Assembly: GCA_964291665.2 (NCBI GenBank)
Contig: OZ219814.1
Span: forward strand, 140,549-204,548
From: Thermodesulfobacteriota bacterium
Lineage (GTDB): Bacteria; Desulfobacterota_D; UBA1144; Nemesobacterales; Nemesobacteraceae
Reading direction: 5' to 3'
Length of the DNA stretch: 64,000 nt
Position 1 is the first letter of the stretch, and the number at the start of each line of letters is the position of its first letter. Positions 55,131-64,000 of the stretch are shown here, piece after piece. The position numbers and the translations under genes were made by a program. Below the pieces are notes generated by a model, which searched no databases, had not been told where the DNA came from, and saw nothing but the letters and a program-made list of their open reading frames with translations.

Positions 55131-56441
55131 TCACTTTCTTCTCTTTTTCCACCTGGCTTCCAGATATTTTTTGAGATTCGCCTCCCTCCCCTTGTCGGTG
55201 GGTTCGTAGTAAATGCTGTCTTTTATCTCTTCGGGAAGAAAATCGTCTTCTACAAAATGATCTTCGTAGTCGTGGGCGTACTTGTAGCCTTTTTTGTAAC
55301 CGAGGTCCTTCATGAGTTTCGTGGGAGCGTTTCTCAGGTGAAGAGGGATCTGGAGACCCGGATTCTTTCTCACATCGGTCTCGGCCTTTTTTATCGCCCT
55401 GTAGGCAGCATTGCTCTTTGGGCAGCTGGCAAGATAGGTCGTAACTTGAGAGAGAATTATTCTGCTCTCCGGCATCCCCACGTAATTAACCGCCGTAAAG
55501 CAGTCGGTCGCGAGGGTAAGCGCATAGGGTTCGGCGTTTCCGATATCCTCTGAAGCAAGTATCACAAGACGCCTTGCAATGAACTTCGGATCTTCTCCAG
55601 CTTCAAGCATTCTCGCCAAGTAGTAGACCGCCGCGTCGGGATCACTTCCCCTTACGCTTTTTATAAAAGCGGAAATCGTATTGTAGTGTTCTTCCCCCGC
55701 CCTGTCATAAAGAAGGCCTGTTTTCTGGAAAATCTCCTTTACCAGATCAGTGTCGATCTCTGGAAGTTTTTTTGAACGAAGAAGGGAAGAAGCGATTTCA
55801 AGCGCGTTCAGCATAACTCTGGCGTCTCCGCCGCAAAGAGCAATGAGTTCGTCTCGAGCCTCAGCTGAAATACCGGCACCACTAAGAAGTTTGTCCTCGG
55901 AGAAGGCTTTTTCGAGTATTCGGTCAAGGTCCTGAGCCGAGAGCGGATCAAGAACATAAACCTGGCAGCGGGAAAGAAGGGGACTTATAACTTCAAACGA
56001 AGGGTTCTCGGTTGTAGCGCCTATGAGCACCAGGACCCCCTCCTCGACGCTTTTCAGAAGTGCGGCCTGCTGCGCCTTGTTGAATCTGTGTATCTCGTCA
56101 ATGAAAAGCACGGTCTTCCGCCCGGAGTAAAGGGCGTCCCTCGCATCTGCGACAATATCCCTAAGTTCCCTGACTCCGGAGGAAATCGCATTTATCTGTA
56201 TGAACCTGGCACCAGCTCTGCCTGCGATAAGCCTTGAAAGAGTCGTTTTGCCCGTTCCAGGGGGACCCCAGAATATCATGGAATGCACTCCCCCGGCCTC
56301 AAGCGTTTTCGTCACAAGACCCTGTGGCCCTATCAGATGCTCCTGGCCTACCATCTCTTGTATGCTCTCGGGTCTCATTCTCTCGGGAAGAGGAAGAGAT
56401 TCTTTTTTAGGTCTGAAAAGACCTGGATCGTCAGGGTTCAA
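55131..56441 (-). CDS. rarA: Replication-associated recombination protein A (RarA/MgsA AAA+ ATPase)
   Basis: 436 aa. TTG start after GGAG. Walker A GPPGTGKTT, Walker B LFIDEIHRFNK, and the MgsA C-terminal domain. Confidence 0.93.
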   Translation of the reverse strand: MNPDDPGLFRPKKESLPLPERMRPESIQEMVGQEHLIGPQGLVTKTLEAGGVHSMIFWGPPGTGKTTLSRLIAGRAGARFIQINAISSGVRELRDIVADARDALYSGRKTVLFIDEIHRFNKAQQAALLKSVEEGVLVLIGATTENPSFEVISPLLSRCQVYVLDPLSAQDLDRILEKAFSEDKLLSGAGISAEARDELIALCGGDARVMLNALEIASSLLRSKKLPEIDTDLVKEIFQKTGLLYDRAGEEHYNTISAFIKSVRGSDPDAAVYYLARMLEAGEDPKFIARRLVILASEDIGNAEPYALTLATDCFTAVNYVGMPESRIILSQVTTYLASCPKSNAAYRAIKKAETDVRKNPGLQIPLHLRNAPTKLMKDLGYKKGYKYAHDYEDHFVEDDFLPEEIKDSIYYEPTDKGREANLKKYLEARWKKRRK

Positions 56442-56572
56442 GTCGGTCTCCTGTATTCAGTTCGCGCTTTGGTATAAAGATTAAGGTTTGAAACTTATAA
56501 ATCAATCCGGAAAGCCCGCGCTTGTTTCTGCGGTTTTGGAAAAGAAGGCCGTTTGGTTATAATCAGCCCGTT

Positions 56573-57631
56573 ATGGATATAAAACTCTTAAAGAAGCTCT
56601 GCGACACTCCGGGAATGCCCGGGGACGAAGGCTTGGTTAAGGCGATTTTGCTTGAGGAAATAAAAAAATTCTCAGAAGACATCACCGAAGATGTTCTTGG
56701 GAACATAATCGCCCGTATTCCGGGAGACGGGCCCACTTTTGTTCTTGACGCTCACATGGACGAAGTGGGATTCATGGTACACCATATAGACAGCAGGGGA
56801 TTTTTGAGAGTAACCCCTCTTGGGGGAATGGACGCCAGAGTTTTTTACGGGCAGCGCCTCGTGGTGTGGGGGAAAAAAACTCTAAAAGGGGTGGTGGCAG
56901 CGGTTCCGCCCCACGTGACAAGGGGTAGCGGAGGAGCCAAGGAGGTTCCGGAGATCGAGGACTGCGCGGTCGATATTGGACTCAGCCCTGAAAAAGTCGC
57001 CGACCTAGTAAAAATAGGGGACATGGTGTCATTTGACACTTCCCTTGATGAAACCGAGGATTCCGTGATTTCCAAAGCCCTTGACGACAGGATGGGTCTT
57101 TTCGTGATAATCGAGGCTCTCAGAAAGACCCCCAACCCGGGCTGCAATCTCATAGTTACCTTTACCGTGCAGGAAGAAGTCGGGCTTCGCGGAGCAAGGG
57201 TTATAACCCCGGTTTACGAACCGGACTTCGCCGTCGCTCTTGAAGGCACCGTGGCAATGGACATACCGGGGGTTTCGGAAAGCAAATCCTTTGCCAATAT
57301 CGGTAAGGGACCCGAGATCAGACTTTCAGACAGGTTTTTGGTTGCGCACAGGCCGTTTAGCTTTTTTATAAAGGAACTTGCGGAGAAAAACGAAATCCCT
57401 TATCAAATAACGGTAAAAAAAGCGGGTAGCACAAACGCAACTGCCATGCAGGTCACTGGAAAGGGAACCAGAGCGGCTGTCCTGTCGGTTCCGACAAGGT
57501 ATCTTCACAGCCCGAGTTCTATTGCCTATAAAAGCGACATCAATCACACGATAGATCTAGTGTCATGCCTGCTCAGGAACATACGAAAATTCAGTCCCTC
57601 AAACCAGCATCAGGGTGCTCAGCAACAATGA
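56573..57631 (+). CDS. M42-family metallopeptidase (glutamyl aminopeptidase / FrvX-like)
   Basis: Start taken at ATG 56573 (MDIKLLKKLCDTPGMPGDEG). LDAHMDEVGF and QEEVGLRGA motifs. Confidence 0.85.
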   Translation: MDIKLLKKLCDTPGMPGDEGLVKAILLEEIKKFSEDITEDVLGNIIARIPGDGPTFVLDAHMDEVGFMVHHIDSRGFLRVTPLGGMDARVFYGQRLVVWGKKTLKGVVAAVPPHVTRGSGGAKEVPEIEDCAVDIGLSPEKVADLVKIGDMVSFDTSLDETEDSVISKALDDRMGLFVIIEALRKTPNPGCNLIVTFTVQEEVGLRGARVITPVYEPDFAVALEGTVAMDIPGVSESKSFANIGKGPEIRLSDRFLVAHRPFSFFIKELAEKNEIPYQITVKKAGSTNATAMQVTGKGTRAAVLSVPTRYLHSPSSIAYKSDINHTIDLVSCLLRNIRKFSPSNQHQGAQQQ

Positions 57632-57975
57632 TGGAAGAATTGCTCCGCGTATTTGAGGAAATCGCCAGGGAAAATTTTCCCGAACTTGATCTTGAGAAAT
57701 CCCTCCTAGCGCTTCGCGAGGAGATAAAAAGGAAAAAATACGACCTCCAGGACGAAACCCTGCTTGAGACGGCACTTCGGGACGACAGGGACACCTTTAA
57801 AGACTCTTTTCTGGAAATGCTCGAGGAAAAAGCAACGCGTGAAAACAGTGGGAAAGCATTTATTCTATCGGACAAAGGCCGCGACGAGGCAATCTCGATA
57901 CTTATGACCAATGTCGAGCACACGATCGACTACTATTACAACACGATAATAGGAAAACATTTTTCGGCAAGTTAG
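57628..57975 (+). CDS. Hypothetical acidic helical protein (115 aa)
   Basis: Start taken at ATG 57628 (ATGA overlap with the M42 stop). I recognise no family. The C-terminal half (KAFILSDKGRDEA) is faintly winged-helix-like. Confidence 0.45.
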   Translation: MMEELLRVFEEIARENFPELDLEKSLLALREEIKRKKYDLQDETLLETALRDDRDTFKDSFLEMLEEKATRENSGKAFILSDKGRDEAISILMTNVEHTIDYYYNTIIGKHFSAS

Positions 57976-58091
57976 GCGCAGGTGTTTCTCCGCATTGCCT
58001 CTGGCTGGAACAACTTTTAAGAACTCCAGATTCCCAGGGTTGTGAGTCCTTTTTCAAAAAAACTGCTTAAAGAACCAATAGCTCTTATTGG

Positions 58092-59588
58092 TCATTCACA
58101 ACTTGCTTGCCTGTCCAGCGAGAACAGGGGAACCGCATTCGTGTTGGAACTCAGCAGCTCTTCATGACTGAAAGAGTAATCCTTGGCATAGTCAACGCAA
58201 ATGAAATGCTGCCCGATACGGTGCGAGCACTGGGCCGGAAGCTTGGAAAGGTCGAAGGAACTGCTGTATCCACTGAGAAGTTCACCGTCAACGAACGTCG
58301 CTATGACATCCGATACCTTTGATGAAATCAAGTCGCCGAACGGGTCATTAGTTCGCCTTCTGAATATCATGATGTCCGCCGCAAGGCCTTGCTCCAGCTT
58401 GCCGGTCAGTTTTTCTACGTCCAGCGAGTACGCTGCGTGCTCCGTAGCCATACGCCAGTAGTCGCTTCCCGACAGATGATCATCCCATTGCGCGTTGTCA
58501 ATATGCTCAGCACAGCGAAATTCCTCAAGAAGATTGTACGAACCCGAGTATGACCAATCCGTACTGATCGCAACTCGGGCGCCAGCCCGCAGTGCGTTCG
58601 GAATATCCACGGTGGTCCCGTAAAGAACCACATTCGATCTCGGCGACCAGATAAGAGTCACGTCGAGGTCCTTCAGCCGCTCAACGTCTTGACGGCTCAG
58701 TCCCACTCCGTGGATAAGGGAGTAACGCCGCTCTGGGTTCTTCGAGACGTAATCCAGATAAAACTTCCCTTCAATTTCCGCCGTACAGTTGGTTCCCTCC
58801 GCAATGTGGGGCACATAGGGCGGTTTGTCCTCAAACTCAAGAAAACGGCTGCGGGGATCGCGGGACTCGGTTGCCGCTAACGGGCAAGAGAACCCGCCGA
58901 GTTCCTCGGTAGCGCTAAAACCGTAGGGAAACGTCTCCATCTCAGCAAGATAGAAGTACCTTTCTTCGTCTCCGGGGCGACCACCCGCATTTTTAACAAG
59001 TCCCTCAATGCCGCCTGAACCGGCTATCGTGGTGGTACCGGACAGAAGGTGGCGGAGCTCTATCCAGAATTTCTGGACATCTTCCTCAACCCTCCCAAAC
59101 TCGACTGCATAGTACTCCGGGCCGGCTACACCCCGCCATTGATCACGGTGTGAATACACGGGACGCGTCATCGGATCCGGAAATCCTCCGCTCCAATCCG
59201 GGTGTTCGTGCGGATTTATCAGGCCAGGCGAAATGTACGAGCTGCTGCAATCAAATACCGAGGCATTGGGAGCTTTTGATTTTATGGTGTTTATCTTGCC
59301 AATATCAAGAATGTGGCCGTCGCGGACAAGGAGCGCGCCGCATTTTGGTCCACCTGCGTCTTTAATCAGATTACCTATGATAATTGTCTCATCAGATTGT
59401 CGGATAGAAACGTTACAGCTTTGGGAATGTCGAGCAGACTCGGCAGAAGATACTACCTGCGCATCGCCGCACAAATTCGAAGACGCGGAACCACATCCGG
59501 AAAGCGCAAAAAGAACCAAGAGTTGGAGCGCTAGGAGTGCTGCCTTCACAGGTTTTTGTTTAATGGGATTGGCTTGTCCGTATTTCAT
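58092..59588 (-). CDS. Amidohydrolase-superfamily lipoprotein
   Basis: Start taken at ATG 59588 (MKYGQ...LVLFALSGCGS, with lipobox LSGC). HxH motif (INPHEHPDW) and later His/Asp motifs (VPHIAEG, STDW). Somewhat GC-richer than its flanks. Confidence 0.7.
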   Translation of the reverse strand: MKYGQANPIKQKPVKAALLALQLLVLFALSGCGSASSNLCGDAQVVSSAESARHSQSCNVSIRQSDETIIIGNLIKDAGGPKCGALLVRDGHILDIGKINTIKSKAPNASVFDCSSSYISPGLINPHEHPDWSGGFPDPMTRPVYSHRDQWRGVAGPEYYAVEFGRVEEDVQKFWIELRHLLSGTTTIAGSGGIEGLVKNAGGRPGDEERYFYLAEMETFPYGFSATEELGGFSCPLAATESRDPRSRFLEFEDKPPYVPHIAEGTNCTAEIEGKFYLDYVSKNPERRYSLIHGVGLSRQDVERLKDLDVTLIWSPRSNVVLYGTTVDIPNALRAGARVAISTDWSYSGSYNLLEEFRCAEHIDNAQWDDHLSGSDYWRMATEHAAYSLDVEKLTGKLEQGLAADIMIFRRRTNDPFGDLISSKVSDVIATFVDGELLSGYSSSFDLSKLPAQCSHRIGQHFICVDYAKDYSFSHEELLSSNTNAVPLFSLDRQASCE

Positions 59589-59801
59589 CAAGGGAGAGCA
59601 AACAGTAAGTGCTATTCTGCCAATTTCCCTTTTTGATAGCAACGCAATCCGGTGAGATTATGAAAAAAATTGGAATTACGGAATTGACCGGACAAATATT
59701 GCATGGGCTGAAAAAGCACGATCATCCCCTGCCCCACAGATCCTCGCGGCAGTTGCACTAATTACTGGCGGAACTCCATCAATCTTCCAAAGATTGATCA
59801 A

Positions 59802-61100
59802 CTACTTCTTCTTACGCCTTTTGCTCATCGCCACGTATTTTCTATTATCTTCCCCCAAATAAACCTGTCTAGGCCTTGCGATTCTGGTTTCGGGGTCGTT
59901 CATCAGCTCAAGCCACTGGGCAAGCCACCCGGCCATCCTCGCTATTGCGAAAAGCACGGTAAACATGCTCGTGGGAAGACCTATGCTCTGGTATATGAGT
60001 CCAGAGTAGAAATCAACGTTCGGGTAAAGCCTTCTTCTTACGAAATAGTCGTCTTCAAGGGCTATTCTCTCAAGCTCAAGCGCTATATCAAGCAGAGGAT
60101 TTTTCCCGGTGACTTCAAACACGTCGTGGGCTATATCCTTTATTATCGCCGCTCTCGGGTCGTAAGCCTTGTACACCCTGTGTCCGAAGCCCATGAGCCT
60201 GAATTCTCCTTTCTTGGCCCTTTCTATGTACTGCGGAATTTTGTCAATCGAACCTATGTCGGCAAGCATTTCAAGTACCGCTTCGTTCGCTCCGCCGTGA
60301 AGAGGACCGTACAGGGCGGCAATCGCCGCTGCGGCCGCGGAGTAAGGATCCGGATGGGAGCTTCCGACGTTTCTCATCGCGCTTGCGCTGCAGTTCTGCT
60401 CGTGGTCTGCGTGGAGAATGAAAAGAACATCTATAGCCTTCTCTATAGCCGGATTCGGCTCATACTTGGCCTCGGTCATCTTGAACATCATTGAAAGGAA
60501 ATTCCCGGCGTAGCTAAGTTCGTTGTCGGGGTATACATATGGAAGACCCATTATATGCCTGTAGGAGAATCCGGCTATGGTAGGCGTCTTCGCTATAAGC
60601 CTTCTTATCTCAAGTTTCTGAACATCGGTATCGAATATGTCCTTTGCCCCCGGATAGAAGGTCGAAAGGGCTCCGACGGTCGCGAGAAGCATGCCCATCG
60701 GGTGCGCGTCGTAGCGGAATCCGTCCATGAGTTTCCTTATGTTTTCATGCACGTAGGTGTGGTGCGTTATGTCGTGAACCCAGCTATCATATTGCGATTT
60801 GTTAGGCAGTTCACCGTGAATAAGGAGATAGGCGACTTCAAGGAAGTTACTTTTTTTCGCCAACTCTTCTATCGGGTATCCCCTGTACCTCAGAATTCCC
60901 TTTTCTCCGTCAATGAAAGTAACCTTGCTTTTGCACGAAGCCGTATTCCCGAAAGCGGGGTCATAACTCATCATGCCAAAGTCTTCGTCCTTAACCCTTA
61001 TCTGACGAAGGTCAGTGGCCTTTATGGTGTCGTTTTCTATAGCAAGTTCATATGTTTTACCTGTCCTGTTATCCGTTACAGACAAAGTGTTCTTTGACAT
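59802..61100 (-). CDS. gltA: Citrate synthase
   Basis: 432 aa with the signature GFGHRVYKAYDPR and conserved His/Asp catalytic context. Confidence 0.95.
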   Translation of the reverse strand: MSKNTLSVTDNRTGKTYELAIENDTIKATDLRQIRVKDEDFGMMSYDPAFGNTASCKSKVTFIDGEKGILRYRGYPIEELAKKSNFLEVAYLLIHGELPNKSQYDSWVHDITHHTYVHENIRKLMDGFRYDAHPMGMLLATVGALSTFYPGAKDIFDTDVQKLEIRRLIAKTPTIAGFSYRHIMGLPYVYPDNELSYAGNFLSMMFKMTEAKYEPNPAIEKAIDVLFILHADHEQNCSASAMRNVGSSHPDPYSAAAAAIAALYGPLHGGANEAVLEMLADIGSIDKIPQYIERAKKGEFRLMGFGHRVYKAYDPRAAIIKDIAHDVFEVTGKNPLLDIALELERIALEDDYFVRRRLYPNVDFYSGLIYQSIGLPTSMFTVLFAIARMAGWLAQWLELMNDPETRIARPRQVYLGEDNRKYVAMSKRRKKK

Positions 61101-61259
61101 TTGTGAATCTCCTCGCAGTAGTGAAGTTGTTTAAATAAAGTTGCCGGTTGAATAGGATTCCCGTACGTGAACCACCCTCTTTTTGACTCCAACACCCTCA
61201 GAGTCAATCCAACCGATCAGGGTGATTGTAACAGATTTTTTAACTAAACGCAAAACGAC

Positions 61260-62186
61260 CTAACCGAACTCCACTATACTGATGGGAACAGGGGTAAAAC
61301 AGGAAATAAAAATAAGCAGCGAGAGAAGAGCAAGCGCTTTTCTTCCGGCGCCGATCTCGGTATCGCTTGATATGGTCGGCGGATGGGATGTTCCGATCAT
61401 CAAAAGCAGTATCGCCCAGAAAAGCCAGCCGACCCAACCCTCAAACATAAGCCACTCAGGAAAAACAGCTAGTACCCACAGGCCCAGATAATCCGCAAAG
61501 TCCGCCAGAGGCGCTGTTCCCACCCCCATTATTACAAGAAAAATAACTGTAGCGGCCGATATAGCTTTATGCCACTCCGCCGGGAAAACGCAGTATACAA
61601 CATGCCCTCCGTCAAGCTGTCCCGCGGGCATGAGATTCAAGACAGTTACGAAAAGACCTATCCACCCCGCAAACGCAACGGGGTGCAGCAAAATTTCGTA
61701 TCCCTGAGCGACTTCGCCGATGGCCAGCTTTGAGAAAAGGGCAAATATCAGAGAATTACCGAGAGACATGGCCGTCTGCATCTCAGAGAGTTTCTCAGAA
61801 TCCAAAGCGACCACATCTGAGAAAAGCAACCCGACAAACAGGACCGGCAGAGCTACCATCACTCCCGCTATAGGACCAGCAACCCCTATATCGAAAAGTT
61901 CCCTTCGGCCACGTATCCGAGACTTTATCCTTATGAACGCCCCAAACGTTCCTATCGGGGAGAGGAAGGGAGGAGCGGGAATAAACCAGGGAAGAGTTAT
62001 GGAAACACCGTATTTTCTACCGTAGAAGTAATGGCCCATTTCGTGGGCTCCAAGGATGGCAACCAGAGAAACCGAGAAAAGAACCCCTCCCGTATAGGTT
62101 CCGCTTATCATGTAGCCGGAAAGAAAAGTCGTGGCCGCCGTGAGAATAAAAAGCACCAGCGGAATAAGGGTAGATCTTTTGGTCAT
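61260..62186 (-). CDS. Site-2 protease family (M50) membrane metalloprotease
   Basis: 308 aa polytopic protein. HEMGHYF HExxH lies within a TM segment, and there is a later LDGGH motif. Confidence 0.8.
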   Translation of the reverse strand: MTKRSTLIPLVLFILTAATTFLSGYMISGTYTGGVLFSVSLVAILGAHEMGHYFYGRKYGVSITLPWFIPAPPFLSPIGTFGAFIRIKSRIRGRRELFDIGVAGPIAGVMVALPVLFVGLLFSDVVALDSEKLSEMQTAMSLGNSLIFALFSKLAIGEVAQGYEILLHPVAFAGWIGLFVTVLNLMPAGQLDGGHVVYCVFPAEWHKAISAATVIFLVIMGVGTAPLADFADYLGLWVLAVFPEWLMFEGWVGWLFWAILLLMIGTSHPPTISSDTEIGAGRKALALLSLLIFISCFTPVPISIVEFG

Positions 62187-62188
62187 GG

Positions 62189-63946
62189 CTACTCTACTTC
62201 GAGCAACATCGGGTTTATGGAGTTAAGGATATCCTTTAGGTATCTCTCTATGTCGGAGTCCTTTGAGAGCAGCAATATGTCGGACCTGATTTCCTCAAGC
62301 ATCCGCTCAGAAAGCCTGTCAGAAAGAAATTTCACATAAGGGAACCGAAGCGGGGAAACGCTCAGATGACGGTAACCAAGAGCCAGTATCAGGAGTGTAC
62401 CGGAAGGAACTCCCGCTATTTCTCCGCATATTGAAAGCTCCTTTCCATTTGAGAGGACCTGCTCTCTCGTAAAATCCAGCATTCTCACCACGGAAGGATG
62501 AAAAGCCGAGTAAAGATGCCCGACCGCGTTTGAATTTCTATCCACCGCGAGCAGATACTGTATAAGATCGTTTGTTCCAATGGAGACAAAATCTATTAAG
62601 TCCGCGTAATCGCCGAACTGATACGCAAGTGCCGGAACTTCCATCATTATTCCGAGCTTAGGTATGTCAAGCCGGTGAAGACTGACTTCGGCGGACAGTT
62701 CCTCAATTATCTGCGCAGCAGTCTCAACCTCCCAGACATTTGATACCATGGGCAGAAGAATCCTGAAATTCCCCCCTTTTTTCACCGCAAGCAAGATGGA
62801 TTTCACCTGATCCCTGAAAAGATCAAGATACTCCATTGAAAAACGGATCGAGCGAAGGCCAAGAAGGGGATTTTCTTCCTTGGGCATGTTGAGGTAGGAA
62901 AGTATCTTGTCAGAACCCACGTCCAAGGTCCTAATGGTCACTCCATCCTCAAAATTAGCTGATATCTCCTTGTATATCTTTAGCTGGGACCTCACACTAG
63001 GCCATTTCTTAAACCTTGCAAAGGCAAACTCCGTCCTGAAAAGTCCCGCACTCTTGATACCGTAACGCTTGGCCATCTCGGCATCGGCTGGAATTCCGAC
63101 ATTCGCCGTTATTTCGACGTCAAGACCGGTACCGGTGCTCTTTTCGGCTTCAGTCTCTATGAAGTTGCGGAGCTCAACGGCTTTTTGGTGCATGGATATG
63201 TACTCATCCTTAAGCACCTGATCAGGATTCGTGAAAATGAAACCGCTTCTTCCGTCAACTATCATGTCCTCCCCGGGATGTACCAGATTCACGATGTTGT
63301 CTATGCCGACAACCACCGGAATCCCAAGCGATTTCGCTATTATGACCGCGTGCGAAGTCTCTCCGCCTTTTTCAAGCACTATTCCCCCCACTTCTCCCTC
63401 AACAGCCGTGACAAAAGAAACGCCTATCTCTCTTGCCACAAGTATCAGGGGTTCTCCGTCGGCGGAAGCGGAAATTTTCTCATTCTTTGAACGGGTAAGA
63501 TCCCGGAGCATTCTCTCGCCTATGTCCCTGAAATCGTATGCTCTCTCCCTCATATAGGAATCCGGAAGAGATTCAAAACGCAATGCCTGAGATTCGAGAT
63601 ACTCAACCACCGCGGCCTCGGCCGAAACCCTTTTCTCATCTATGAGCTCGCCGGTTCCTTTCTCCATGTCGCGGCTATCCACTATCATCAGATGTGAACG
63701 GAAAATATCCACTTCGTTTTTCGAGAGCTTCCCTTCAGAATCCATTTTTCTGATAGTGTTTTTAAGGTCTTGTGATATATTCTTTATAGAATTTCTAACT
63801 CTTCTTTTCTCGATTCCTGGAGTGCGGGCCGTCATCTCCATCGTGGACATCCGGCGGAAAAGCCCGCGGAATGTAACCGCCTTGCCCACAGCCACTCCTT
63901 CAGAAACTCCTTTTCCCTGATAGCTTCTCGTCTCATGTTTTACCAT
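62189..63946 (-). CDS. ptsI: Phosphoenolpyruvate-protein phosphotransferase (PTS Enzyme I)
   Basis: 585 aa. Active-site region GGETSHAVIIAKSLGIPVV and the PEP-utilizing C-terminal domain (IGTNDLIQY). The frame stays open to the window edge, so a longer PtsP-like N-terminus cannot be excluded. Confidence 0.88.
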   Translation of the reverse strand: MVKHETRSYQGKGVSEGVAVGKAVTFRGLFRRMSTMEMTARTPGIEKRRVRNSIKNISQDLKNTIRKMDSEGKLSKNEVDIFRSHLMIVDSRDMEKGTGELIDEKRVSAEAAVVEYLESQALRFESLPDSYMRERAYDFRDIGERMLRDLTRSKNEKISASADGEPLILVAREIGVSFVTAVEGEVGGIVLEKGGETSHAVIIAKSLGIPVVVGIDNIVNLVHPGEDMIVDGRSGFIFTNPDQVLKDEYISMHQKAVELRNFIETEAEKSTGTGLDVEITANVGIPADAEMAKRYGIKSAGLFRTEFAFARFKKWPSVRSQLKIYKEISANFEDGVTIRTLDVGSDKILSYLNMPKEENPLLGLRSIRFSMEYLDLFRDQVKSILLAVKKGGNFRILLPMVSNVWEVETAAQIIEELSAEVSLHRLDIPKLGIMMEVPALAYQFGDYADLIDFVSIGTNDLIQYLLAVDRNSNAVGHLYSAFHPSVVRMLDFTREQVLSNGKELSICGEIAGVPSGTLLILALGYRHLSVSPLRFPYVKFLSDRLSERMLEEIRSDILLLSKDSDIERYLKDILNSINPMLLEVE

Positions 63947-64000
63947 TGACGGAGGTTTCAGCCTGTCCAGGGTGTTTGCGACTTCAAGAACCCCCGCAAG

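Noticed and set aside
15564-59642. Longer N-terminal extensions given by the ORF track for several genes (starts at 15564, 16898, 20351, 20476, 31469, 40948, 43099, 52751, 53506, 56522, 57565, 59642).
   Set aside because: Internal starts give N-termini that match family norms, remove overlaps with upstream genes, or create classic ATGA/GTGA couplings or Shine-Dalgarno spacing. The extensions are basic or hydrophobic junk. The exact starts remain predictions.
59660-59761. A 33-codon ORF (MKKIGITELTGQILHGLKKHDHPLPHRSSRQLH) resembling the N-terminus of Phd/YefM antitoxins.
   Set aside because: The similarity is limited to about 12 residues. No continuation is found in other frames and there is no toxin partner. 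It is mentioned only as a possible relic next to the GC-rich amidohydrolase gene.
61101-61259. A structured leader upstream of gltA: a TGTTACAAT extended -10-like box, then alternative CACCCT/AGGGTG and GACTC/GAGTC pairings.
   Set aside because: The stems are only 5-6 bp and could arise by chance. I recognise no known riboswitch motif. It would need covariation evidence.
63947-64000. The C-terminal end of an upstream gene (HPr?) at the right edge.
   Set aside because: Only 54 nt are available. One frame ends in TGA 14 nt before the ptsI ATG, but the ptsI frame is also open to the edge, so neither an HPr gene nor a PtsP-type extension can be supported.

Overview
This is a 64-kb chromosomal segment from a diderm bacterium (BamA, LolCDE and System I cytochrome c maturation are present). 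GC content is moderate to low by eye. I can support about 62 protein genes. Roughly four fifths lie on the minus strand, and they are tightly packed with many 1-11 nt overlaps. Most are housekeeping genes: lolCD-bamA, lysS, pyrR-pyrB-pyrC, lepB, rel, gmk, the rimP-nusA-infB-rbfA-nrnA-truB-rpsO-pnp-miaA block, uvrB, cobA/hemD, rsmE, rarA, gloA, gltA and ptsI. Accessory content falls into five groups. (1) An ArsS-type radical-SAM cluster (AhpD-like protein, ArsS, DUF2064 transferase, CcdA) has no arsM nearby. (2) A ccmABCDEF operon carries a CcmE with Cys in place of the heme-binding His (CxxxY type), an unlisted ccmD, and two unusual trailing genes. (3) ccmG-ccmH sit about 20 kb away from that operon. 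(4) There is a VapBC pair and an OtsA-OtsB fusion operon. (5) Four visibly GC-richer single-gene insertions are present: an SBP-like protein with a C-terminal sorting-type tail, katG, a 1000-aa HExxH lipoprotein, and an amidohydrolase lipoprotein. I found no rRNA, tRNA, CRISPR array, transposase, integrase or phage genes, and no non-coding gap exceeds about 290 bp. I cannot demonstrate a self-contained, clearly novel multi-gene system such as a defence island. The best candidates for follow-up are the arsM-less ArsS/CcdA cluster, the variant Ccm system with its cytochrome-c fusion gene, the GC-rich exported proteins, and several regulatory DNA structures (symmetric bidirectional promoters, a rimP leader terminator, and -10 boxes abutting start codons). 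All homology statements come from motif recognition by eye, not from searches. GC statements are visual, not computed.
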